Assembly: GCA_001779315.1 (NCBI GenBank) | Contig: MFJU01000035.1 | Coordinates: 1-61,246 of the forward strand | Origin: Candidatus Gottesmanbacteria bacterium RIFCSPLOWO2_01_FULL_42_22 | GTDB taxonomy: Bacteria > Patescibacteriota > Microgenomatia > 2-02-FULL-39-11 | Direction: 5' to 3' | Length of the DNA: 61,246 nt | Shown: piece by piece, positions 39,365-49,118 of the stretch | How positions within the stretch are numbered: position 1 is the stretch's first letter | Layout: each line of letters begins with the position of its first letter | Program-made: the position numbers and the translations under genes | The notes under the pieces: generated by a model | The model's database searches: none | Told to the model about the DNA's origin: nothing | Seen by the model: only the letters and a program-made list of their open reading frames with translations

Positions 39365-40354
39365 ATGACTAACTTTAAAAAAATATATCTTTTTATATTT
39401 ATTTCTTTTTTACTATTGTTAGTTTTCATTTTGTCAATAAATGTTACTAATAAATATAAGAAGCGAATAAATTCACTTTCAAATGAAAATTATTCATATG
39501 AAATAAATAAAAAGAATAATACTTTTGGTAATTCAGAACTGACTTCCTTTTATGAACCTAAACCAAATTCAACCGAAAATATTACTGCGGATTGGCTTGG
39601 ATATGAAATAGAAATTACTATGAATAATGATGGTTTAAATGACAGATATGATTACGAATTATATAAGCCATTGAATACTTTCAGAATTGTAACTCTTGGT
39701 GATTCACATACATATGGAGTATATTTAAAAACACAAGATAATTGGTCAGAAAAATTGGAAGATATATTAAATAGGCAATTAAATTGTCCTCAATATAAAA
39801 AATTTGAGGTTATTAACTTAGGGGTACACGGTTATGATTTAATGTATTCATTCGAACGATTTAAAAAGCGTGGTTTAAAATATAATCCCGATCTTATAAT
39901 TTGGTTTGTTAATAATTGGAATTTTCAAAATATAAATGAATATTATTATCCAAGACGGGAGGAATTGCTGAAAATGGGATATAAAGATTTTAATGGAAAA
40001 AATTCTAAATTTGAGATATCGGAAAAAATATTTAAAGAATTACCAGAAATGTACGGCAAAAATGGTATATTGGATTATCAAAAAAAAGTAATAGACAATT
40101 TGAGAGTTGTTTTTAAAAATAGATTATTATTTGTTAGTTATAATGATTTGGGAAAAACTAGTGAAGAATTTTTTGAAGATTTCACTAAAACAGAAAAGAG
40201 AATTTCTTTTTTAAAGTTATCTTTCAATTCAAATTCATCCCAAGAATTATTTTTTCCTGACCGGCATCCTAACCAGAAGGGACATTTTAAAATTTCTGAA
40301 GAGTTATATAAAAATTTAATAAGCTCCACTCTTAAAGGGTGTATTACAAATTAA
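39365..40354 (+). CDS. Membrane-anchored SGNH/GDSL-family hydrolase (AT-rich block).
   Basis: 329 aa with an N-terminal TM helix, IVTLGDSHTYG and FPDRHPNQKGH. Confidence 0.7.
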   Translation: MTNFKKIYLFIFISFLLLLVFILSINVTNKYKKRINSLSNENYSYEINKKNNTFGNSELTSFYEPKPNSTENITADWLGYEIEITMNNDGLNDRYDYELYKPLNTFRIVTLGDSHTYGVYLKTQDNWSEKLEDILNRQLNCPQYKKFEVINLGVHGYDLMYSFERFKKRGLKYNPDLIIWFVNNWNFQNINEYYYPRREELLKMGYKDFNGKNSKFEISEKIFKELPEMYGKNGILDYQKKVIDNLRVVFKNRLLFVSYNDLGKTSEEFFEDFTKTEKRISFLKLSFNSNSSQELFFPDRHPNQKGHFKISEELYKNLISSTLKGCITN

Positions 40355-41934
40355 TTATAAAAAAAGTACTTCCATATTTATTAATCGGATCATTTTTTTC
40401 TTTTATTTACTTTATAATTTCAACTCTAAATTTGGAAGCACAGGGACTTTATTACGACGAAGTTTCATTTGCACCCGCCGCATTAGTTTTTAGAGGTATA
40501 AAATCTGAATATTCAGTATTTTATTCATTTAACGGATTCCCCTTATTTATTACTTCATATCAAGGAGCGATATTAAGTTATATATACGGATTATATCTGC
40601 TTCTATTTAAAACATCTTTTTCTATAGCTAGTTGGCGGATGTTTAATCCTTTTATATGGAGTATAACAATTTTAATTTTCTCGATTTTATGTGTCCGTTT
40701 AATTAAACCAGTTCAATTATTTGTTTTTCTATTTCTATTAATCTCGGATGTATCTTTACTGCTCTCTTTCAGATTTAATTTTGGTCAGGTTTTAATTCCT
40801 GTAATTGCCAGTTTATTTATTATTTTGTTTGCTCTAAATGCAGTTAACAAAAATAAACTGAGATTTTTAGATTATTTTATACCTTGTTTCTTGCTTGGTC
40901 TTGCAATTTATGCCAAATTAAGTGCTATTATGTTGCTGATTCCAACTACCTTGATAATTTTATTCTTGATTTATAAAAAAATAGCTAATTTATATAATAT
41001 TCTAATATCTTTAACCGGATTAATTTTAGGGGTTTTACCCGTGATCGTTTTGAATTTGAATTATTTAATTAAGGATAAAAAATTTTTTTCATTAATAAAC
41101 ACAGAACAAAATCACTTTTTAAGTGCTTCAGTTTTTTTTATAAAACTTTATAATTTTTTGTCAATCGGAACTGGTAATACTTTAGTAAAATCCATTTTTG
41201 CTGAAAGTTTATTTAAATTAAATATTCATACAGAAATTATTCTATTATTACTGATAATTATTATTTTTAGCTATTTATTCATTCGTGGAAGTAATTATTT
41301 TTTACCTTATTTTTTTCTGAGTAGTTGGATAACGATCTTCCTGTTCTTATATCTTCTCCCTATGGATACTTTTATATACCATTATTTATTTGCCGTACCA
41401 TTCTTGTACATTTCGATCTCGATTTCTTTAAATATTTCTAATTTAAAGTATAAGCGAACTAGGTATGTATATGTTTTATTTTTAATATTTCTAAGTTTTT
41501 TGACTATAAATAGAATATTGAATTATTCAAATGTATTAAACAAATTGTCTAAGGGATCTTATTCTGAAATATTTCATCCTGAATACACAACTCTGGCTAA
41601 ATTAGCATCTCAAAAGGCAACTGATTCAGTTTTTATTGCTGCCGATTGGGGTTTTGGCATTCAAATATATTTATTTTCTAATGGAGCAGAAAAGGCAGTT
41701 TACGAACCTTTTTGGAATTATAATAGTATTGATCAATTAGAAAATACTATATTAAATAGTGGTAAGAAATACCTTTATTTGGTAAATCATCGTGCTCCAT
41801 CAAACATTCGGAAAGAGAATACTATTAAAATAATGTCTGATATTAATAAAATAAATTTTTTAACTCAAGTAGAAATTGAACAGGAATTTAAAAATCTGAA
41901 ATTATTCAAAATAAATAAATATAAAATTATCTAA
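40339..41934 (+). CDS. Polytopic membrane protein, GT-C-fold glycosyltransferase-like.
   Basis: 531 aa with more than 10 hydrophobic helices. The acidic motif GLYYDEVSF follows TM1, and there is a C-terminal soluble domain. Confidence 0.55.
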   Translation: MYYKLIIKKVLPYLLIGSFFSFIYFIISTLNLEAQGLYYDEVSFAPAALVFRGIKSEYSVFYSFNGFPLFITSYQGAILSYIYGLYLLLFKTSFSIASWRMFNPFIWSITILIFSILCVRLIKPVQLFVFLFLLISDVSLLLSFRFNFGQVLIPVIASLFIILFALNAVNKNKLRFLDYFIPCFLLGLAIYAKLSAIMLLIPTTLIILFLIYKKIANLYNILISLTGLILGVLPVIVLNLNYLIKDKKFFSLINTEQNHFLSASVFFIKLYNFLSIGTGNTLVKSIFAESLFKLNIHTEIILLLLIIIIFSYLFIRGSNYFLPYFFLSSWITIFLFLYLLPMDTFIYHYLFAVPFLYISISISLNISNLKYKRTRYVYVLFLIFLSFLTINRILNYSNVLNKLSKGSYSEIFHPEYTTLAKLASQKATDSVFIAADWGFGIQIYLFSNGAEKAVYEPFWNYNSIDQLENTILNSGKKYLYLVNHRAPSNIRKENTIKIMSDINKINFLTQVEIEQEFKNLKLFKINKYKII

Positions 41935-43246
41935 TTGGAAAGAGTAGATTTCTGACGTTATAATCTTGTTTTTCAGGATTTAAATACTTTATTGCATCTA
42001 AATATTTATCTTCTTTATAAACTAAAGCTGCTTCTTGTAGAATATCCACCAATAATTCATTTATTTCTTGTTGTGACTCCACAAACCATATTTCAGCGGA
42101 TAGTTGATCATACGGCCATTTTTCCTTCCCCTGAATATAAGGTATTAAAAAATCTAATGCCTTCTTAAGACTTCGGCCATCTTTTGAAGTGTGGTTCCAC
42201 ATATCGATATTTACATGACGAGCTAATTCGGCTAAATGGAATAAAGCTCTTAAGTTAAAAACTGAATACCACCAGGATTTTGATCGTGAAATTTCATAAG
42301 TTTGTTTACCATCTTGTTCGATCTGTTTTTCTATTCGTTTAATAAGGGCATCATTTAATATTTTTTTAGCTAAATCTTTTTTCCCTACGAATAATGAAAA
42401 ATCAGCGGTTAAAATGTCATTCCATGTTCCGTGATTATTTAAACTTTCAGCATCTTCTAATTGAATTTTTGATGTTAAAAACCAGTTTAATAATTCATCG
42501 AACCATAATTCTAACTTCTTGTGATCTTCATTCGTCCATGAAACTGATTTTGTTAATAATCCATCTGCTTCAATAACCATAGGGAGAAACATGCCTTCAA
42601 TACTTCCTCCTTGACCTTCCTGGCCATTTGGCGTACTCAGTGCCCAGTTAAAATTAGGATTCATTTTAGTTTTATCGCCTAAAAACCATTTTCTTATTTG
42701 ATCTGCAGATTTGGAGGCATACTTTTCTTCGTCCGTTAGAAAGTAAGCCAAGGCCAATTTAAAACTACTAGTGGCCATAGTTTGCAATCTATAATTATCT
42801 TTATAATTTAAGATCTCAGGATTAACATAGCCATCTTTATTGATATATTCTCCACTTTCGTTCTTCCATGAGTAGGGTAATATACTGTAATAATCGTGTT
42901 TATCATTTGACGGAGGTAACAATATTTTTTGAGTAACTGAAAATGGTTGACCTTCCAGGAGATTTTCTGCTTCCTTGATTAAATGGTTGAATGGATCTTT
43001 TAAATTCCGATCATTTGAATTGATTCTTTTTTTTGCATCAATTAAATTATCTCTATTGAACAAAAATAAGGAAGGTAATAATAAATTTACATTTTCGTCC
43101 AGATTGTAATTTATATATACCTGATTGTAACCTTTTATCTTATAGATTAAATAAGTTATATATATATTAAATAAGAAAGTTAAGATTACAATAACAATTA
43201 ATATTTTATGCACTTTAAATTGATATTTTAAATATTCAAAAACCAT
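41927..43246 (-). CDS. Alginate-lyase-family (PF05426-like) polysaccharide lyase, N-terminally anchored.
   Basis: 439 aa with an N-terminal TM helix. NNHGTWNDIL and EISRSKSWWYSVFNL resemble the NNH...R...Y catalytic arrangement of alginate-lyase-type alpha/alpha toroids. Confidence 0.5.
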   Translation of the reverse strand: MVFEYLKYQFKVHKILIVIVILTFLFNIYITYLIYKIKGYNQVYINYNLDENVNLLLPSLFLFNRDNLIDAKKRINSNDRNLKDPFNHLIKEAENLLEGQPFSVTQKILLPPSNDKHDYYSILPYSWKNESGEYINKDGYVNPEILNYKDNYRLQTMATSSFKLALAYFLTDEEKYASKSADQIRKWFLGDKTKMNPNFNWALSTPNGQEGQGGSIEGMFLPMVIEADGLLTKSVSWTNEDHKKLELWFDELLNWFLTSKIQLEDAESLNNHGTWNDILTADFSLFVGKKDLAKKILNDALIKRIEKQIEQDGKQTYEISRSKSWWYSVFNLRALFHLAELARHVNIDMWNHTSKDGRSLKKALDFLIPYIQGKEKWPYDQLSAEIWFVESQQEINELLVDILQEAALVYKEDKYLDAIKYLNPEKQDYNVRNLLFPIR

Positions 43247-43390
43247 AAGATAAATGTGTTTACTTTCCCTGATCGAATTATAATAAGCATCGATATTAAT
43301 ACACTAATATTTACAAAATGTCTACTCGATTACAATGTTAAAAAAAAATGAAATTTTATATTAATTAATTAGATCTGTCATTTCTAAATC

Positions 43391-44662
43391 GTGAAAAAAA
43401 TTATTCTATTTTTGATCGTTTTCACTACTGTTATACTCACTTATAGATTATTTAGTTTCATAAATAAATATGCTGTAAATTTGCTGTATGACGATCAATG
43501 GTGGATTGCGGATATGATTATTGAAAATAAACCTTTTAAAGAATTGTTTTTTTATTTATATAGTGAACATCGTATAGGAGTTGGCTTAATAATTATGAGA
43601 ACATTAGCAGTATTAACTTATTGGAATACGAGATTTGAGAATTTTGGTTTCGGTATTTCAGTAATAATAATAGCTTTATTTTCACTGGCATTAAAATATA
43701 AATTAGCAAAAAAATTTGAAGTTACAGATATTGCCATTCCAATTATTATTATAAATTTACATCATCATGAAAACTTATTGGAAGGATTTCGGGTTATGTA
43801 TTTAATTCCGGTTATAATAATGTATATATATTTTTGGCTATTTAACCTTAAATTTGGGTGGAAATATATTGCGATACTTATATTAGTCATCTTAAGCACA
43901 TTTTCTGGTTTTCATGGAATTTTTTTAAATTTGTTTGTTTTCTTATTTGAAATTTTAAAATTTATCAAAGCTAAAAATCTTAAAAGTAAAATTGCAAATG
44001 TCATCGTATTAATAACTGTTATATTGATTACGTCTTCTTATTTTATAGGTTTTTCATCTGATCATAGCGATTTTACAATTCCGACGTTATATTATTTTTA
44101 TGAGACACCAACAAGAATGATAAATCAAATTTTTGGAACCACATTAAGATTTCCATTTAATTTAATTTCTCCTTTAATAATTTTAGGTGCTCTTATTATA
44201 TTTATTACACAATTTATTAAAAAAAGAAATTTAAATTTATTCCCGATATTTTGTTTGTATTTTTATTCTATCCTATTTATCATTACGATTATATTTGGCC
44301 GCAATAAGTTTGGACCTGAAGTGGCTTCTTCAAGTCGTTATGTCAGCCATATAGTTTTTCTTTATTTGGCATCTTATTTGACTTTAATACTTTTTTTAAA
44401 TAAGAAATTGAAAAAAATTCTATTTATAACCATCGGAATTCCAATACTATATTTTATTCTCTTTAATAATAAAAGCAGCTACGAAGTTGGTAATTATTAT
44501 AAAAATAATAAAAATGCTTGGATAAAGTGCTATTTAAAGAAAAAAAACGTACATGACTGTAATGATTTTTTTATATTTGACAAAAAACACAGTAATTATT
44601 TACAAACAAAAGTAGACCAGCTTGAAAAAAAGAAATGGTCGTTTTTTGCTGAAATTCAATAA
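43391..44662 (+). CDS. Polytopic membrane protein, possibly GT-C-like.
   Basis: 423 aa with a GTG start and more than 10 helices. LLYDDQWW follows TM1. Confidence 0.5.
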   Translation: MKKIILFLIVFTTVILTYRLFSFINKYAVNLLYDDQWWIADMIIENKPFKELFFYLYSEHRIGVGLIIMRTLAVLTYWNTRFENFGFGISVIIIALFSLALKYKLAKKFEVTDIAIPIIIINLHHHENLLEGFRVMYLIPVIIMYIYFWLFNLKFGWKYIAILILVILSTFSGFHGIFLNLFVFLFEILKFIKAKNLKSKIANVIVLITVILITSSYFIGFSSDHSDFTIPTLYYFYETPTRMINQIFGTTLRFPFNLISPLIILGALIIFITQFIKKRNLNLFPIFCLYFYSILFIITIIFGRNKFGPEVASSSRYVSHIVFLYLASYLTLILFLNKKLKKILFITIGIPILYFILFNNKSSYEVGNYYKNNKNAWIKCYLKKKNVHDCNDFFIFDKKHSNYLQTKVDQLEKKKWSFFAEIQ

Positions 44663-44666
44663 CGGT

Positions 44667-46139
44667 TTAATTTCCCAAGCCACGGAATTTATAAATCGTC
44701 TTCTTTTTAATATAAAAAGCCGTTTCCTGTGGTTGCCCAAAATTGTATTCCATAATAAATTTGTTTTGGCACAAAGTTTCGAAATAATTGATTGAATAAT
44801 CCTCGCAGATGAGATAGATGTTTCGGTTATTTGTATTAAGGCCGGCATCAATCCAGTTGCCGGAGGGGTGGAGAAGGTATAGGGGTTTTCCGGCCAGTTT
44901 TTCCATGAGGAAGACGTAATAGACGGTGTTATAGTTGGTGTGGTTATAGGGTGTATCTGTGAAAATTGAAAAAGACTTTCCCCCGCTGTCTTTTAAGATA
45001 AACTCGGCGATTTCCACGCTACTTTTTATCTCATCAGATTTATTGGTGGAAATATAGAAGCGGTAATAATTGAAATTTGAATAAATAAATATAAACATAA
45101 ACGGAAAAATAACAAACTTCGGGAATTGTGAAAAAAAATATGATACCAGCAAAATAAATAAGGGATAAATGGCTGACCAGCGGTGGGGATAAGCATCGCG
45201 CTGGTAAATGCCGATGAGGAGAATGGCGGAGATCAGTGTATAGGAAATCCATTTCAAATGGAGGTTTTTTCTCAAATAAGGGATAGTGATAAAAAGTAAA
45301 AAAATTATTATTGTGGCGAACACCGGACCGGTGTTAATCGGCAGGAATGAGTGCAAAAACACAGAGAATTGAGTGTTTATATTCCGTAAATAATTACCTG
45401 ACTCTGAAACGGGAAAGTCTCTCATCGGATTTAATGAGGGGAAATTGTTCGTTAATTCAAAAGATATATTCGGAAAGTAAAAAAGAGCGAAAAAAAGAAT
45501 GTAGATATAAAAATTTATAAGAAATGGGGGTGTTGAATCCGAATCGATTTTTATGAGGACGGAATATGTCAGGAAGAAAAAAGCGGGCAGGATGAGGAAG
45601 GAGGAAACATACATCAGGGAAATGAAAAATAAGAATATGGAAAGCAGGAGAAGTGGAAAATTTTTCCGGTTTAGAGCTTTATGGGCAAAATAAAGGGCAA
45701 TAATTACAAAAAACGGTACAAAGTGGGGTTCCCAGATATTTCGGCTGTATTTAATTAAAGTAAAGGAAAAAGTATAAAAAAAAGCGGCAATTAAGGCTGT
45801 TTTAGCAGATAAAGCCATTTCTTTAGCCAATAAGAAAATTAATGGGATTGACATAATTCCGATAAAAGTAAAAGCCAAAGATACTCCCAGTTCACTTCTC
45901 CAAAAAAAATAAATCAGGGTGACGATATAGTAATAAGTCGGAGGTAAAATATTGACTCCATAGAAAGAGGTATTGGGTCCGACTAATAAAATATGTCCAA
46001 AATTTATAATGCGGTTGGCTAGAAGAAAGGCCATGGCCTGGTCTGATTCAAGAAGTAAAGTATGATCAAACTTAAAAAGTCTCAAAAAAGTTCCTGTAAG
46101 TATAAGCAGGGTCAGGAGCCATAAGCTTTTTCTGGACAT
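44667..46139 (-). CDS. GT-C-fold (ArnT/PMT-like) membrane glycosyltransferase.
   Basis: 490 aa. LRLFKFDHTLLLESDQAMAFLLANRII follows TM1. It is a clear paralogue of 49115-50623. Confidence 0.6.
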   Translation of the reverse strand: MSRKSLWLLTLLILTGTFLRLFKFDHTLLLESDQAMAFLLANRIINFGHILLVGPNTSFYGVNILPPTYYYIVTLIYFFWRSELGVSLAFTFIGIMSIPLIFLLAKEMALSAKTALIAAFFYTFSFTLIKYSRNIWEPHFVPFFVIIALYFAHKALNRKNFPLLLLSIFLFFISLMYVSSFLILPAFFFLTYSVLIKIDSDSTPPFLINFYIYILFFALFYFPNISFELTNNFPSLNPMRDFPVSESGNYLRNINTQFSVFLHSFLPINTGPVFATIIIFLLFITIPYLRKNLHLKWISYTLISAILLIGIYQRDAYPHRWSAIYPLFILLVSYFFSQFPKFVIFPFMFIFIYSNFNYYRFYISTNKSDEIKSSVEIAEFILKDSGGKSFSIFTDTPYNHTNYNTVYYVFLMEKLAGKPLYLLHPSGNWIDAGLNTNNRNIYLICEDYSINYFETLCQNKFIMEYNFGQPQETAFYIKKKTIYKFRGLGN

Positions 46140-46144
46140 TTAAA

Positions 46145-46897
46145 TTAGAAAGTAAAACCGAAGAATTCGCTGATGGTTAATTTAGAACCTGGAGCTAAGG
46201 ATAGTCCTAAATAAAATTTCTTGTCAGGAAATAAGCCCTGGGAAAGGGTGGGCGGATAAATTTTTGGCAAATCAAGTTCTTTGATGGTTGTGCCTTGGGG
46301 TGACAGGATTTTCACTGTTTTGCCGCTGTCTTTGAAAATTAGATATATGGAATGAAAGCCGTTTGATTCGGCGGGAACTTTTTGACTCATCAGCTCAATC
46401 TGGTCTTTGGAATCGCCTGTTTCCAGGTAAATTTTAAGATAATCGTATTCTGCAAAGAGGTTAAGGCCAATCCTGTCGTTCCACCATTCGCGGCCTTCGG
46501 CGGGGAACCTGCCGACAAAGCTGACACCGGCCTGTTTGCCTTCGTTTTTGAAAGACAGTTTGACCGTCAAATCTTTATTGTTTAAGGATATGGCATAGCC
46601 GTTATGGGTAATGCCGAACCAGTTGACATCCTTGTTTTCCAGCTCAATGCAGTATTGGCCTTCGGTACATTTTTTAAAATCAGCTACATTTTCCAGGATT
46701 CTCTGGCCGTAAAAATAGCCCTTCGTGCGCTGCTTAAATTCCTCAATCAGCGGGGTAGTTACTGATGACCTGGATTTTACGAAAAAAATAGGTTTGCCCT
46801 GAATGGCACGGGAGACAGCATAGAAAAAAATGATGAGAAGGCAGACTAAAAGAACGATTCTTCTTTTAGTCATTATTTTCTTTTTTAGAATCTTCAT
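46145..46897 (-). CDS. Hypothetical N-terminally anchored exported protein.
   Basis: 250 aa with a TM anchor followed by a beta-rich region. No family was recognised. Confidence 0.6.
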   Translation of the reverse strand: MKILKKKIMTKRRIVLLVCLLIIFFYAVSRAIQGKPIFFVKSRSSVTTPLIEEFKQRTKGYFYGQRILENVADFKKCTEGQYCIELENKDVNWFGITHNGYAISLNNKDLTVKLSFKNEGKQAGVSFVGRFPAEGREWWNDRIGLNLFAEYDYLKIYLETGDSKDQIELMSQKVPAESNGFHSIYLIFKDSGKTVKILSPQGTTIKELDLPKIYPPTLSQGLFPDKKFYLGLSLAPGSKLTISEFFGFTF

Positions 46898-46937
46898 TTT
46901 CTTGCAACCCGGCTTTTTTCAGCTAAAATAGCTGGTG

Positions 46938-48278
46938 ATGCCGCAGATACTTTTTCCTTTGCTTGTCTTCTATTCCGTCCAGTTTTTTTTCAGCAGCAAA
47001 CTGTTTTATTTTCTGTCGTTCTTCATTTTAGCATTTTTTCTGTGGCGGGCAACCCGGAATTTAACAAAATCTCTGTCATACGCTCTGGTTTTGGCTTTAT
47101 TTTCCGAAATCGGCTTGGCCGGTAGCCTGTTTGTCATGGAGCCGAGACAACTGAATCCTGATATTGGCTGGTGGATTTCACCTATTTCCCTGATTGTTTT
47201 ATGTCTTCTGCCATTATCTTTAGCCAATCGGTTGGTAAAGAAAATAAAAATAACCGATTTGCTGGTAGCGGCCTTTCTATTTTGGAATAGTTTAGTGATT
47301 GTTTTCTACCCGTTTTCGCAAAATGTCCTATATAGCGTTTTTGGCCTGACAGAGCTGACCGCCGCCTATTTTCTTTTAAGGATAAATTTGTCTAAAGAAG
47401 ATTTGAAACCTGTTGTCTATTTGATCGTCTCTGCTTTACTGTTCCAATCGTTTCTGGGAGGTTTGCAGGCCTCCTATGGCAGGAATGTCGGTTCGGTGGT
47501 CGAGCCGGTTAATTTAATTTCTCCTTACGGTTTGACAACCATCGAGTCCGATGACCTATTCCGGGTAACCGGAGGCAGCGGTCATGCTAATTTATTTGCC
47601 GTCAATCTTGTCACCCTGATGCCTTTTCTCTTCATGCTTAAAATCATGATAATCCCTTTGCTTATTGTCATTCCACTGATGCTCCTTTTGACTTTCAGCC
47701 GTCTTGCCTGGGCAATCGGCGGGATAATCTTTCTGTCGATGATTGTCATTTTTAAAAAAAAGCAGGTAATCAAACTTAAATATTTATTGGCTTTCAGTTT
47801 ACCGTTTATAGTGTTTTTACCGCTGGTCAGCTTAAGAATATTCTCCTTTAGTGAAGCTTTTTCCCCTGGCGGTTCATGGGATGTAAGGTATAGAGTCTGG
47901 CAGGAAGCCTTTGGTTTTTTGAAGCAGTATCCGCTGACCGGCATCGGGCAAAACAGGTTCCAGCAATTGGCGCAGGAACAGCGCACTTCATATGTTTTCC
48001 GCTCGCCTACACTTTCGCCTGCGACCAAAATACATAACATATTTTTAGAGATTGCTACGGAAACAGGGCTGACCGGCTTGACTGTTTTTGTTATTTTTAT
48101 CATATCTTTATTTAATTTATTGAGAGTAGCCATAAAAAAAAATAAAAAAAATGAAATGAGCAAAACACTTCTTTTGAGTTTGATCGGGCTTCTGGCGATG
48201 TCGCAATTCCATCCTTTATTCCATACCGCCCAATTCAGACTTTATTATCTTTTGGCTGTTTTGATTACTGTCGTATAA
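46938..48278 (+). CDS. O-antigen ligase / Wzy_C-family membrane protein.
   Basis: It carries FSRLAWAIGG, LTGIGQNRFQ and HNIFLEIATETGLTGL (a Wzy_C-type motif), with about 10-12 helices. Confidence 0.75.
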   Translation: MPQILFPLLVFYSVQFFFSSKLFYFLSFFILAFFLWRATRNLTKSLSYALVLALFSEIGLAGSLFVMEPRQLNPDIGWWISPISLIVLCLLPLSLANRLVKKIKITDLLVAAFLFWNSLVIVFYPFSQNVLYSVFGLTELTAAYFLLRINLSKEDLKPVVYLIVSALLFQSFLGGLQASYGRNVGSVVEPVNLISPYGLTTIESDDLFRVTGGSGHANLFAVNLVTLMPFLFMLKIMIIPLLIVIPLMLLLTFSRLAWAIGGIIFLSMIVIFKKKQVIKLKYLLAFSLPFIVFLPLVSLRIFSFSEAFSPGGSWDVRYRVWQEAFGFLKQYPLTGIGQNRFQQLAQEQRTSYVFRSPTLSPATKIHNIFLEIATETGLTGLTVFVIFIISLFNLLRVAIKKNKKNEMSKTLLLSLIGLLAMSQFHPLFHTAQFRLYYLLAVLITVV

Positions 48279-48290
48279 TAAACAGAGCGT

Positions 48291-49118
48291 ATGATGAAAA
48301 AGATTATTAAAAGACTGAAAAACAGCAGACTGATCCAGCTTCTTCTGGCTTGCCTGGTTCTCTTGATTTTTACTTTATTTTACTTTTTCTATAACCAGTT
48401 CCGGCAGGCTCAATATCTTTATGTCTTCGGGCCGGTTCTTAAAAACATCAACTACCCGGATACCCCTTACTACTATGCTCCCTATTGGGTAAATGATGTT
48501 ATCCGGGTAAATGATCGGGATTTATCGCCCTTTGGCAGTGCCAATGCCGTAATTGTCGACAAAGAATTTGTTCCGGGAAACTACCTGACTTTATTAGTCA
48601 AAGTCCGGACTATAAAAGACCGCTCCGGTCATTTCCTTTTCCGTAACAAACCTTTGGCTGTGGGTAGTGTTTTGGAATTGAGATTCCCGAAGACTAATGT
48701 AAATATGATCGTTCTTTCCATGGAAAATAAGACTCCAATTTATAAATATAAAATACTTGTTTTGGATACTATTTTTAAGGAAATTGATCCCTGGAGAACT
48801 GAAATGGTTCCGGAAGGCAGCCTGATTAAGAATAATAAGGGAATGACTATCGCCAAATTTATCAGTAAAAAAATCAGTTTAGCCGAATTATCAGGACAGA
48901 ATGACCGAGGGCAGCGGGTAGTGACTATCGATCCCTTGAAAAGAGATATGGATGTTAGAATCGAAATATTGGTTAAGGAAATTGACGGCGAATATTATTT
49001 CCAGGATTTGAGTAAGGTTAAAGCAAATCAGAGTGTCTTTATACCCTGGAATGAAGGTGATTTAAATCATTTCATCCGCTCGATTGTTGAGGTAAAAGAT
49101 GTCAGCAATAAACTTTAA
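48291..49118 (+). CDS. Hypothetical N-terminally anchored exported protein.
   Basis: 275 aa with a TM anchor. No family was recognised. Confidence 0.6.
   Translation: MMKKIIKRLKNSRLIQLLLACLVLLIFTLFYFFYNQFRQAQYLYVFGPVLKNINYPDTPYYYAPYWVNDVIRVNDRDLSPFGSANAVIVDKEFVPGNYLTLLVKVRTIKDRSGHFLFRNKPLAVGSVLELRFPKTNVNMIVLSMENKTPIYKYKILVLDTIFKEIDPWRTEMVPEGSLIKNNKGMTIAKFISKKISLAELSGQNDRGQRVVTIDPLKRDMDVRIEILVKEIDGEYYFQDLSKVKANQSVFIPWNEGDLNHFIRSIVEVKDVSNKL

Noticed and set aside
47582-48163. 193-aa minus-strand ORF.
   Set aside because: It is antisense within the Wzy_C/O-antigen-ligase-like gene, which has clear family motifs. It is likely a shadow ORF.
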